64,000 nt of DNA, from contig DATDYB010000005.1 in assembly GCA_036517115.1 (NCBI GenBank), positions 18,970 through 82,969 of the forward strand, read 5' to 3'. The DNA is from Minisyncoccota bacterium (lineage in GTDB: Bacteria; Patescibacteriota; Minisyncoccia; Phycocordibacterales; PALSA-1337). Position 1 is the stretch's first letter. Each line of letters starts with the position of its first letter. Below, in pieces: positions 27,150-35,685 of the stretch. The notes under the pieces are model-generated. The model had not been told where the DNA came from, made no database searches, and saw only the letters and a list, made by a program, of their open reading frames with translations. Made by a program: the position numbers and the translations under genes.

Positions 27150-28148
27150 CTAAATATGCTTGAGAAATTGCTCGGCAAACTTCATCGGGTTTTGATATTT
27201 TTCCATATCGGCCTTGACCATCATCGAGACTAGCTCTTTAAGAGACGTCTTGGCCTCCCAGCCCAAGTTTTTCTTGGCCTTAGCAGGGTCGCCCAAAAGA
27301 TAGCGCACATCAACCGGTCGGATGAACTGCTGGTCCACCCGAACGTATTTTTTGTAGTCCAGTCCGAGCGTGCCGAATGCCGCTTCGCAAAATTCACGCA
27401 CAGAATGACTCTCGCCCGTGGCGATGACATAGTCATCGGGCTTAGGCTGCTGGAGCATCCGCCACATCGCTTCGACATAGTCCCCCGCGAAACCCCAGTC
27501 ACGCATGGCGTCAAGATTGCCGAGTGGTAGGTAGTCGACATAGCCGAGCTTGATGCGTGCCGCGCCATCGGTGATTTTCTTGGTGACAAATTCGATACCA
27601 CGGATCGGAGACTCGTGATTAAAGAGAATGCCGGAGCAGGCAAAGAGCCCGTACCCCTCGCGATAATTTTTAGTCACCCAGTGGGCGTAGAGCTTACCCG
27701 CGGCATAGGGACTGGCCGGCTCGAAAGGAGTTTTCTCGCTCTGCGGATGCGGGGCATTGCCGAACATTTCTGATGTGGAGGCTTGATAAAATTTTATTTT
27801 TGGATTTAAAATTCGAATCGAGTCAAGAATGCGCGTCACTCCGAGGGCGCAGATTTCTCCGGTAGCAATGGCCTCCTCGAAAGACACTCCGACGAAGCTT
27901 TGTGCAGCCAGGTTGTATATTTCATCCGGCTCGCTTTTTTGTATGGCGGTTAGGATGGAGGTCTGATCGAGGAGATCCATAGGAATGAGCTCGATATCTT
28001 TTTTAACGTCAAGGTAATGGAGACGCCAGAAATTCCTTGTGCTTGTACGACGATAACCACCGAAGACCTTGTAACCTTTACTAACAAGGAACTTCGCGAG
28101 ATATGCTCCATCCTGTCCCGTTATACCTGTAATAAGTGCTCGTTTCAT
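27150..28148 (-). CDS. gmd: GDP-mannose 4,6-dehydratase
   Basis: 332 aa. MKRALITGITGQDGAYLAKFLVSKGY...FYQASTSEMFG...YAAGKLYAHW...GILFNHESPIRG are highly typical of Gmd. Confidence 0.85.
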   Translation of the reverse strand: MKRALITGITGQDGAYLAKFLVSKGYKVFGGYRRTSTRNFWRLHYLDVKKDIELIPMDLLDQTSILTAIQKSEPDEIYNLAAQSFVGVSFEEAIATGEICALGVTRILDSIRILNPKIKFYQASTSEMFGNAPHPQSEKTPFEPASPYAAGKLYAHWVTKNYREGYGLFACSGILFNHESPIRGIEFVTKKITDGAARIKLGYVDYLPLGNLDAMRDWGFAGDYVEAMWRMLQQPKPDDYVIATGESHSVREFCEAAFGTLGLDYKKYVRVDQQFIRPVDVRYLLGDPAKAKKNLGWEAKTSLKELVSMMVKADMEKYQNPMKFAEQFLKHI

Positions 28149-28149
28149 A

Positions 28150-29427
28150 TTATTTTTTATAATTTTTTACCAGTTCCTCAAACCATCCCAGCTTGATTTT
28201 CGTCGTTATATCGATGTCCACTTTCTCAGCAATGGCACGACTCTTTCGCGCCATCTCCTGACGCTCGGCAGGAGTCCTTTTAAAAATTTTAAGAATGGCT
28301 TCTGCCGCCTTTGGAATATCATTCATCGGCACACAGTAGCCGTTTTCTTCCCCTGGTACCGCTTTGTAGAGGGCACCAGTGTCATAGACAACGAGTGGTA
28401 ACCCCGAGGCCATAGCTTCAAGCAACGCGAGATCTAGACTGCACGAGCGCTGGGTGTTTGAAAGATTTGTGTAAAGGTCAATGGCTCGATGAAGACGAGC
28501 AAGATCCTTTTCCGAAATACTAGAGAAAAAGTAGCATCTGTCACTCACACCTTCTTCATCAGCGATAGCTTTCCATTTTTTCATACCACCGAGACTTCCG
28601 CAAATTACGATACCAACATCATGTCCTGCCTTGGCAAGAATAGCCACTGCCCTGATCAAATGATCATGACCTTTACGTAGTTCAAATGAACCGACGGCTC
28701 CCGTAAGAAAAGTTTTTTGAGGAAGCTTGAAGTGTTCGCGAAGCTTCTCCTTACTCTCTCCTGTATCTTTGCTATAAAACTGATAGTCACAGGTATCCCA
28801 GAACACTTTGAGTTTTTCTGAAGGAACGTAAGCTTTCATTTCCACGGCACAATTATCGAGGCCAATCAAAAGATCCAGCTTGTTCAGGTATGAGACCCAG
28901 TATTTTTTACGCTCATCTTCATTTAACCGTCTATTTTCGCCCATAGAAAGATCTCGTACCTCAGCATAAACGTCGGCAACGATGGGAATTTTACGGCGAT
29001 TGGCGATTTCTACAGCCATAAATGTCTTCACAAGTACTGCCTCAGCGAGCACAATATCAGGCTTCCACGTCTCGAATATATTATCAAGATACACGCCATA
29101 AGCAGAGTAGAGAAGCACTTCGCGAGTCAATCGTGCACCGGTCATGGTGTAGCTTCTGATCAGGCTCGTATAGAGTACCGGCTTCGATAGAAAATATTTA
29201 AAAAGGAACATGAGTTTAGCAATTTTCCCTGGACGTTTTGAATATTCAAAGAAATAATCACCTCCAGCCCGAAGATCATCAGCACCCTCCGGTTTGTAGG
29301 TAAATGTGATTGCTACCTCATTACCCCACTTTCGCCATGCTCTTGCAGTAAGAAGCATAAGCTTTGGTATGCCGGCATATGGTGGTGGCATACTGTTACC
29401 TGTTGTGCCTGTAATGAGAATTCTCAT
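28150..29427 (-). CDS. glycosyltransferase family 4 (GT-B)
   Basis: 425 aa. N-terminal MRILITGTTGNSMPPPYAGIP and C-terminal GT-B domain (...ICGSLGG...LLEAMASGLPLVVYDTG). Confidence 0.7.
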   Translation of the reverse strand: MRILITGTTGNSMPPPYAGIPKLMLLTARAWRKWGNEVAITFTYKPEGADDLRAGGDYFFEYSKRPGKIAKLMFLFKYFLSKPVLYTSLIRSYTMTGARLTREVLLYSAYGVYLDNIFETWKPDIVLAEAVLVKTFMAVEIANRRKIPIVADVYAEVRDLSMGENRRLNEDERKKYWVSYLNKLDLLIGLDNCAVEMKAYVPSEKLKVFWDTCDYQFYSKDTGESKEKLREHFKLPQKTFLTGAVGSFELRKGHDHLIRAVAILAKAGHDVGIVICGSLGGMKKWKAIADEEGVSDRCYFFSSISEKDLARLHRAIDLYTNLSNTQRSCSLDLALLEAMASGLPLVVYDTGALYKAVPGEENGYCVPMNDIPKAAEAILKIFKRTPAERQEMARKSRAIAEKVDIDITTKIKLGWFEELVKNYKK

Positions 29428-29429
29428 GA

Positions 29430-30557
29430 TTATTTTGAAGTTATTGCTTCAACAACCGCCGCAACCTGTTTCGAAACGTAGTCAAGCTCTTTCTTTGAAA
29501 TGTCAGGTCCACTAGGAAGATAGAGTCCATCTTTCGAAAAATCGTTAGCTACCGGACATGCATTCTTTTTCACCATCCGCCGGCGTATAAATATTTCCTG
29601 CTGGTTATACGGTATGAAATGTTCCCTGGTATCGACACCTCGTTTTTTCAGTTCCGCCATAAATTCCTTCCTCTTTCCCGACAATCTGCCGCGGAGCACG
29701 ATACTGAACATCCAGTATACATTAAAGGCGTAGGGCTCTTCAACGGGCAACTGGATCTCGGGAATATTCTTAAAAGCGCGAAGATAGTATTTCGCCATCG
29801 TTCGCTTTTTTTGTATCACTTCATTGACTTTGCCCATCTGCGCAACGCCGATGGCGGCGGTGACATTGGTCATGCGATAGTTGTAGCCGATGTCCTGATG
29901 CATGAAACGATTTTCTTTGCCGTAGGCGAAGGTTTTTAAGAGACGTGAGCGATCCGCCAACGCTTGATCATTGGTCGTAATCATGCCGCCCTCGCCGGAT
30001 GTAATGATTTTATTGCCGTAAAAGCTGAAACAACCGATGTCTCCGAGCGAACCGACTTTCTTTCCCTTATAGAGAGCTCCGTGAGCTTCTGCTGCGTCTT
30101 CGATGACGTAAAGATTGTGTTTTTTAGCGATAGCGAGCACCGGATCCATATCTACCGGATGTCCGTAGATATGGATGACGATGATGGCTTTGGTTTTCTT
30201 GGTAATCTTCGACTCGAGAAGTTTCGGATCGAGATTCCATGTCCGAGGTTCAGAGTCAATAGGAACGGGTTTCGCCCCCTGATAGATGACGGCAAGAAAT
30301 GTTGCCATGTTGGTAAACGTGCCCACCAGCACCTCATCCCCTTTGCCGATATTCAAGACAGCAAGGGCGAGGTGGAGGGCAGCAGTGCCGTTTGAAACCG
30401 CCACCGCGTGCTTTACACTGCAAAATTTCGCGAACGTTTCTTCAAATTTCTGGAGATACGAGCCTGAGAGTCCGGAAATCTCGCCGCGTTTCATGGCGTC
30501 GTTCACCAGCGCTGTTTCTTCTTTACCGAGCAGTGGTTTTGATACGGGGACGAACAT
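29430..30557 (-). CDS. DegT/DnrJ/EryC1/StrS-family PLP-dependent sugar aminotransferase
   Basis: ...HAVAVSNGTAALHLALAVLNIGKGDEVLV...SFYGNKIITSGEGGMITTND... The ORF track start (30653) adds a ~32 aa non-homologous extension; the Met of MFVPVSKPLLG (about 30557) is the likelier start. Confidence 0.8.
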   Translation of the reverse strand: MFVPVSKPLLGKEETALVNDAMKRGEISGLSGSYLQKFEETFAKFCSVKHAVAVSNGTAALHLALAVLNIGKGDEVLVGTFTNMATFLAVIYQGAKPVPIDSEPRTWNLDPKLLESKITKKTKAIIVIHIYGHPVDMDPVLAIAKKHNLYVIEDAAEAHGALYKGKKVGSLGDIGCFSFYGNKIITSGEGGMITTNDQALADRSRLLKTFAYGKENRFMHQDIGYNYRMTNVTAAIGVAQMGKVNEVIQKKRTMAKYYLRAFKNIPEIQLPVEEPYAFNVYWMFSIVLRGRLSGKRKEFMAELKKRGVDTREHFIPYNQQEIFIRRRMVKKNACPVANDFSKDGLYLPSGPDISKKELDYVSKQVAAVVEAITSK

Positions 30558-30558
30558 A

Positions 30559-30933
30559 CTATAGGAGATTCTCGTCTGGCTTAAAGGTATCCTTATGACA
30601 ATCCATGCCCTTGCTGGGGCCGAAGTTGAATGACAATATTTCCGAATCCTCAAGTGCTAAAAAGGTGTGGACATCGTAAGGATGAATGTGCACTAAGTGA
30701 CCGGCCACCACGATTCTCTTCATTTTTTTACCTTTTTTTATATTTTTGCAATGATATTCGAAAGAGCCGGAAAGGATGTATTCGTACTGCATAGTTTCTT
30801 TATGGTAGTGATTACCGCGCACCGTGCCTTTTTTGCTTGAAATATGCGTGATACCAATATCGTCCACAATCAACAGATCGCGTATTTCTCCCCGATGATC
30901 GGAAAAATTGATTTTTGTTTTTTGCAGTTTCAT
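30559..30933 (-). CDS. cupin-fold sugar 3,4-ketoisomerase (FdtA/QdtA, WxcM-like)
   Basis: 124 aa. ...HRGEIRDLLIVDD...TVRGNHYHKETMQYEYILSGSFEYH... pattern (RG.H.H...Q....SG). Adjacent to the DegT aminotransferase. Confidence 0.5.
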   Translation of the reverse strand: MKLQKTKINFSDHRGEIRDLLIVDDIGITHISSKKGTVRGNHYHKETMQYEYILSGSFEYHCKNIKKGKKMKRIVVAGHLVHIHPYDVHTFLALEDSEILSFNFGPSKGMDCHKDTFKPDENLL

Positions 30934-30991
30934 GGCGAATTACAACGTATTTCTATCACATAACACTTCAAAATACAAACCGTAGCCAAAG

Positions 30992-31690
30992 ATGTTTCTT
31001 CACACTATAATGATGGGCATGAACCCTGCTACTATCCACCAAGCGCTTACCCAAAAGTATGGAAAATTTTTGGAGAAGCTTATGGAAAGACATGCCGACA
31101 TCGAGAAGGCCGGTAAGGGAAACAGAGGCCATGGTTTCGACCACGATCTTTTAGTAGCGCATTATGCTCTCGCTATTCAAGAACAAAGGGAGACGGCGGA
31201 AGCCTCGTGGATCGCCAGCCTTCTGCATAGCTTTGATCATTTTTATGGTGACGCGGCCGAAACTGAAATTATGGCCATGCTTGAAATCGCAACAACAGAT
31301 CTCACGGAGGACACACTCCAAGACATCGCCAGTGCTGTTATGCTACACAGTACTAAAAATGATGAAAACGACAGTATGATAAAAATAACCCTCCAGGATG
31401 CGGATCGTCTGGCCAATATCGGCGGCATCGTGATTATAAGATCAGGTCAATTCAGACCAACAATCCCCGCCTGCGAGATCGGTCGCATCGGGGTGAAAAA
31501 TCCGGAAAGCACGTATAAAAATCCTCGCTCCATTCTGGATGACTTGCGCAACTGTCTTTCATGGGAAAGTGATCCGAGATTTTTGATACGCCTACCCAAA
31601 GCGATAGAAATTGCGAAACCACAATTCGCCTATCTACGAGCGTTTCTCGCACACGTCGAATCACAATTCAGAGAAATCGGACTTTCTTAA
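30992..31690 (+). CDS. HD-domain phosphohydrolase-like protein
   Basis: 232 aa. ...GHGFDHDLLVAHYA... and ...LQDADRLANIGG... resemble HD-superfamily metal-binding motifs. Confidence 0.5.
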   Translation: MFLHTIMMGMNPATIHQALTQKYGKFLEKLMERHADIEKAGKGNRGHGFDHDLLVAHYALAIQEQRETAEASWIASLLHSFDHFYGDAAETEIMAMLEIATTDLTEDTLQDIASAVMLHSTKNDENDSMIKITLQDADRLANIGGIVIIRSGQFRPTIPACEIGRIGVKNPESTYKNPRSILDDLRNCLSWESDPRFLIRLPKAIEIAKPQFAYLRAFLAHVESQFREIGLS

Positions 31691-32460
31691 TCTTTTCTTG
31701 TAAGAAAAAAACTTCTGAGTCCTCCAAGCGCCAGCTCTTCCTGCCCATAGAGACCTCTCCAGTATTGTTCGAAACGCTTTTTCGTCCTGACGTAGCCACT
31801 CCAACGCTTCTTCACTCCCTTAAAAAACCATTTTATTTCTCGCCATTTCCTGTTGTACACAGAGAGCACCGTAAGCATACCAGTAGGAATATAGAGCACC
31901 TTTTCCACCCCGGCGCCATGAAGCGTCTTGAAAATGGAGTGCCACTCACCGTCGCTCATACTGGCGTCAATGCGGTACATAAGGCAAAGTGCGTTGTGCC
32001 CCAGATATTTTTTATTTGCCGCCACCCAGTCGTCTTTCATAAGGTCGAAGAAAACGATCTCGTCACATTTCAAGAAAACCTTTTTTAGCGTCTCGACGGT
32101 TACCGTGGAATAGTCGGAGCAAACAATCTTGACCCCCGGCATCATTTTCTTCATCTGATATTCTAGAGCCGCGCCGCCGACCCCGAGTGAAAATACTCTT
32201 TCAATACCTTCGCGTTTCAATAACTCCGTTACTCCCCTCGCTCTTTCTATAAGTCCCCCATCTTGCCCGTCTTTTTTCACTAAAAGCTCGCTTGCCGAAA
32301 GCCACTCTTCTCGGTTGGGTGAAATAGAAAAATGTGGATGATTGAGACGTAGGGCGTCCCATGATTGCGGAGAATCAAGCGCCTTGTCGCCGAAAACCTG
32401 GTAGTGCTTCATCGAAAACGGAAACGGTATGGAATTGATGTACTTGAGAAACTTTTTCAC
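31687..32460 (-). CDS. hypothetical protein (possible methyltransferase-like Rossmann fold)
   Basis: 257 aa. VFSLGVGGAALEY is weakly motif-I-like. Otherwise unrecognised. Confidence 0.3.
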   Translation of the reverse strand: MKKFLKYINSIPFPFSMKHYQVFGDKALDSPQSWDALRLNHPHFSISPNREEWLSASELLVKKDGQDGGLIERARGVTELLKREGIERVFSLGVGGAALEYQMKKMMPGVKIVCSDYSTVTVETLKKVFLKCDEIVFFDLMKDDWVAANKKYLGHNALCLMYRIDASMSDGEWHSIFKTLHGAGVEKVLYIPTGMLTVLSVYNRKWREIKWFFKGVKKRWSGYVRTKKRFEQYWRGLYGQEELALGGLRSFFLTRKD

Positions 32461-34169
32461 GGCGTTTTGTTATCAGCAAAAAAACTTCGATCGCCATTCT
32501 TACAGTTAAATATGTAGCCCTTCACTCTTCCGTCCTCTGCGGAATAAGTCGTCTTGCATGTCTCCAAATATTTCCAGATCACGGATTGTTTGTCGATCTC
32601 GGGAAAATCCACGACAGCATAATATCCGCTGTAGCTTGCGAGCCTTGAGCGCGTCGATTTGGCGAACATGGGGTCGGTGTAAAAGCGGCGCAAGTATTTC
32701 TTCGACTCGCCAAGCTCGTAGCCGCCGATATCGTAGTAGGTGATGACTTCTTTAATATTTTCATTTCGCACCGCCTCGCCGATTACTGCACTCGCCACCC
32801 TCGGCACACTGCCATACAAAGAGCCTGAAAGAAATTCGGAAGAAAGGACGATATTGTAGGCGAATCCAAGGGCGATCAAAAGCGTCAGGAGTTGATGCTT
32901 GAATGTCGGATTTCGAAGCGTTCGAAAAGCAACGATAGCGACAAGCGCAATGCTCGAAGCGAAAAGAACAAGCGGCACCGAGACGTAAAAACCAGCCGGC
33001 CCCGACCCGCCCGTCACGGGAATCAGAAAATCAACATTAAAATCTTTTATTCTCGAAAGATACTCGCTCTTGGGGTTCAAGGGTAAAATGTCGTGGGGCT
33101 TTAAGGAAACGAGGTATGAGAAGCCGAGCGTAAGAGCCGAAAATATCGAGGCGGAGAGGGCCAGGCTTTTGCGGGAAAGAGAGGAAGTGAATCCGGCGAT
33201 GAGGGAACCGGCGATGAGCGCCGAAGGAATAATGAGAAACATGAGATAGCGCTCGATGGTTCGGTTGGTAAAATCGAAGATAACAAAGTAGAACAGGAAA
33301 TTATAGAGAAGAAAGATAATCCAGAGGCGATAGCGGCGGAGATGCTCCCTCTTGGTGAATACAAGGAAATACCAGACCAAGAGCAACGGTGACGCGAGCA
33401 CAGCGGCCTTCACCGAAAGAAAAAGTACCTGGCCGTAGTTTCGTTCAGTGAAATTAAGGGTGCTGAAATGGCTGACGTACCGCACGAAATCCGCGCTGTC
33501 GGCGATGTGAAATATTTTGATGATAGCAAAGGCCGCACACGCCGAAAAAAAGAACAAAAAAATGATGAGACCAGCCGCTCGGGAGAGCGTTTTTCTGCTT
33601 GGTCTATGTTCAATCACATATTCCGTGAGCAAGGCCGCGATCCAGATCACAAAACTTAACTTGATGAGCAATCCCAGAGCGAGAGCAATCGCAACAAGAG
33701 CAAACCACCGGTAGTTGTGCCTTCCCCGCACATTGCCGAAATCAATCCGATAATAGGAGTAAACGAGCAATAATCCGGCAAACGGTAGGAGTGCGCCGTC
33801 GATATCAACCTGCGTACTGGCAATCACATTATACGCGCTTACCGTCAGAATGAGCGCCGTCCACAGCGCGGCACGGCGACCATAAAGCCGTTTCGCCACA
33901 AGTGACGAGAGGATGAGCACGAGCAGTCCGAAGAATATCGGCACCAGCCGCAGGTTTTCAAAACCCGCGATCTCCCCCGCCGCGCGATAGATAACGGAGA
34001 CGAGTGGCGGATGGTTGCTTTTAAGATCGAGGCCGAAGGCGGGATTGACGATGGTCGCCCATTTGTATTCGTCCTGATGGTAAATCTGACCAAGCGCGAA
34101 AAGCCTCGATACCACGAATATGAGGGCGATGAGCACGAAAACCCAATTTTTTTTCACGAAGGTAGTCAT
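32457..34169 (-). CDS. PMT/ArnT-like membrane glycosyltransferase (GT39/GT83 family)
   Basis: 570 aa, polytopic. N-terminal ...VSRLFALGQIYHQDEYKWATI... and the hydrophobic profile are typical of the ArnT/PMT family. Confidence 0.65.
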   Translation of the reverse strand: MTTFVKKNWVFVLIALIFVVSRLFALGQIYHQDEYKWATIVNPAFGLDLKSNHPPLVSVIYRAAGEIAGFENLRLVPIFFGLLVLILSSLVAKRLYGRRAALWTALILTVSAYNVIASTQVDIDGALLPFAGLLLVYSYYRIDFGNVRGRHNYRWFALVAIALALGLLIKLSFVIWIAALLTEYVIEHRPSRKTLSRAAGLIIFLFFFSACAAFAIIKIFHIADSADFVRYVSHFSTLNFTERNYGQVLFLSVKAAVLASPLLLVWYFLVFTKREHLRRYRLWIIFLLYNFLFYFVIFDFTNRTIERYLMFLIIPSALIAGSLIAGFTSSLSRKSLALSASIFSALTLGFSYLVSLKPHDILPLNPKSEYLSRIKDFNVDFLIPVTGGSGPAGFYVSVPLVLFASSIALVAIVAFRTLRNPTFKHQLLTLLIALGFAYNIVLSSEFLSGSLYGSVPRVASAVIGEAVRNENIKEVITYYDIGGYELGESKKYLRRFYTDPMFAKSTRSRLASYSGYYAVVDFPEIDKQSVIWKYLETCKTTYSAEDGRVKGYIFNCKNGDRSFFADNKTP

Positions 34170-34897
34170 TTCTTTTTGAGAATTATGAGCAATGATACAC
34201 CGAAGGGAAAATTAAACAAACGGAGGGCGTATCGTTCCAGTCCGAAAATAAATTTAAGGACGGCATTTGTAAAGGCGTTGTTGAGATCGAAGTCCGAACT
34301 TCGATTGATTTTCGTACAACGTTCCAAAAAGCGGATCGCTACGATAGGAATAAAAAGCAGAGTATTGAAATACGTACTTCGCACCACTTCAAATCCGCTC
34401 CCCGAAATCGCCTCGGCGAAACTTTTCTTGGTATAGCGCCTCTCGTGTTGTGCCACTTCGTCCTGCAAGCTCCAGAGAAACATGTATGCCGGCACCATGA
34501 TGAATGAATATCCACCACTTTTAGTAACGCGAGACATCTCCCCCAATACCGCCCTGTCGTCCTTGATATGCTCCACTACATCAAGCGCCATAGTAAGGTC
34601 AAAACGAGCGTCGGTAAACGGAAGTCTTTCCGCTTTCGACGCGCTAAGATTCTTTATTCCCCGCTCACTGCCGTAACGGATGGCTTCTTCTGAAATGTCC
34701 GTGCCGGAGGTATTTATAAATCCTTGTTTTTGAAGTTCGCCGACGAAAAATCCCCAGTTAGAGCCTACGTCTAAAATCCCTGCATTCTTTCCGATATCAT
34801 ATTTTTTGAGTATGTCTTCGACAATCAAACGACGCACCACGAACCACCAATGCGTCGCCTCAATGTTCCTGTAGGTGTCATAGAGTTCGGCTTTCAT
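34166..34897 (-). CDS. class I SAM-dependent methyltransferase
   Basis: 243 aa. GILDVGSNWGFFVGELQKQGF motif I and ...TMALDVVEHI... Confidence 0.7.
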   Translation of the reverse strand: MKAELYDTYRNIEATHWWFVVRRLIVEDILKKYDIGKNAGILDVGSNWGFFVGELQKQGFINTSGTDISEEAIRYGSERGIKNLSASKAERLPFTDARFDLTMALDVVEHIKDDRAVLGEMSRVTKSGGYSFIMVPAYMFLWSLQDEVAQHERRYTKKSFAEAISGSGFEVVRSTYFNTLLFIPIVAIRFLERCTKINRSSDFDLNNAFTNAVLKFIFGLERYALRLFNFPFGVSLLIILKKK

Positions 34898-35667
34898 GCT
34901 TTTTTACCGCGGACGATCCAGCCGTTTTTGTTAGGGGGCACCGTAACGGTGACACCTTCAAATTCGGAAAGCAAGTTTCGCGCTTCGGCTTCCGTATAGT
35001 AGTTAGCCACGTCGGGAAGGAGCTGGTCGAAGATAATGCTGTGAACGTGTGAAAATGAAAATTGACTAAGCTCTCTGAAATATGCTTTTTTCGGGCGGAA
35101 TATTTTAAGAAAAATATAATAAAAAGGAATACTAACGCAATAGGTAAGAGCATGAAGTAAGGGTAGTGGTAGCTTGCTGGTAAAGTATCTACGAACCGGA
35201 TTTAGAATCCTAAGGATACCCTCGAAGCCCGCACTGCCATAAACCCACAAGAGCACTTCTCCTCCAGGCCGAAGTGCTTTTTTTATTTCAGTAAGCGCCC
35301 TTTTGGGATCCTTGAGGTGATGGATGACGCCGATCGAGAATGCGAAATCAAATTCATCTCGCCATGGAAGATCATAAATATCTCTAATCTCCGTTTTCGC
35401 ATGAGCGAATTCTTTTAGGTTTTCCTTTGCCCGCGTCACGCTCCGTTCGTCTTTATCGAAGGCTGTGAGTGAGGAAGCCCTCCACAAAAGAGGCCAGTAG
35501 GCGTTCCTGCCCATGCCACAGCCAGCATCGAGAACTTTCTTACCTTTATAGAATTCTTCGCGGAGTGGAAACGTCCAGTTCAAAAACTGGTCGCGATAAT
35601 TTTTCTTATACTCCGAAAGAGAGGAATATTTGTCCCATTCGTATCCGAATCGTTCGCTTGATGACAT
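34894..35667 (-). CDS. class I SAM-dependent methyltransferase
   Basis: 257 aa. KVLDAGCGMGRNAY motif I and ...FDFAFSIGVIHHL... Confidence 0.7.
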   Translation of the reverse strand: MSSSERFGYEWDKYSSLSEYKKNYRDQFLNWTFPLREEFYKGKKVLDAGCGMGRNAYWPLLWRASSLTAFDKDERSVTRAKENLKEFAHAKTEIRDIYDLPWRDEFDFAFSIGVIHHLKDPKRALTEIKKALRPGGEVLLWVYGSAGFEGILRILNPVRRYFTSKLPLPLLHALTYCVSIPFYYIFLKIFRPKKAYFRELSQFSFSHVHSIIFDQLLPDVANYYTEAEARNLLSEFEGVTVTVPPNKNGWIVRGKKA

Positions 35668-35685
35668 AGGCTGTATTGTAACAAA

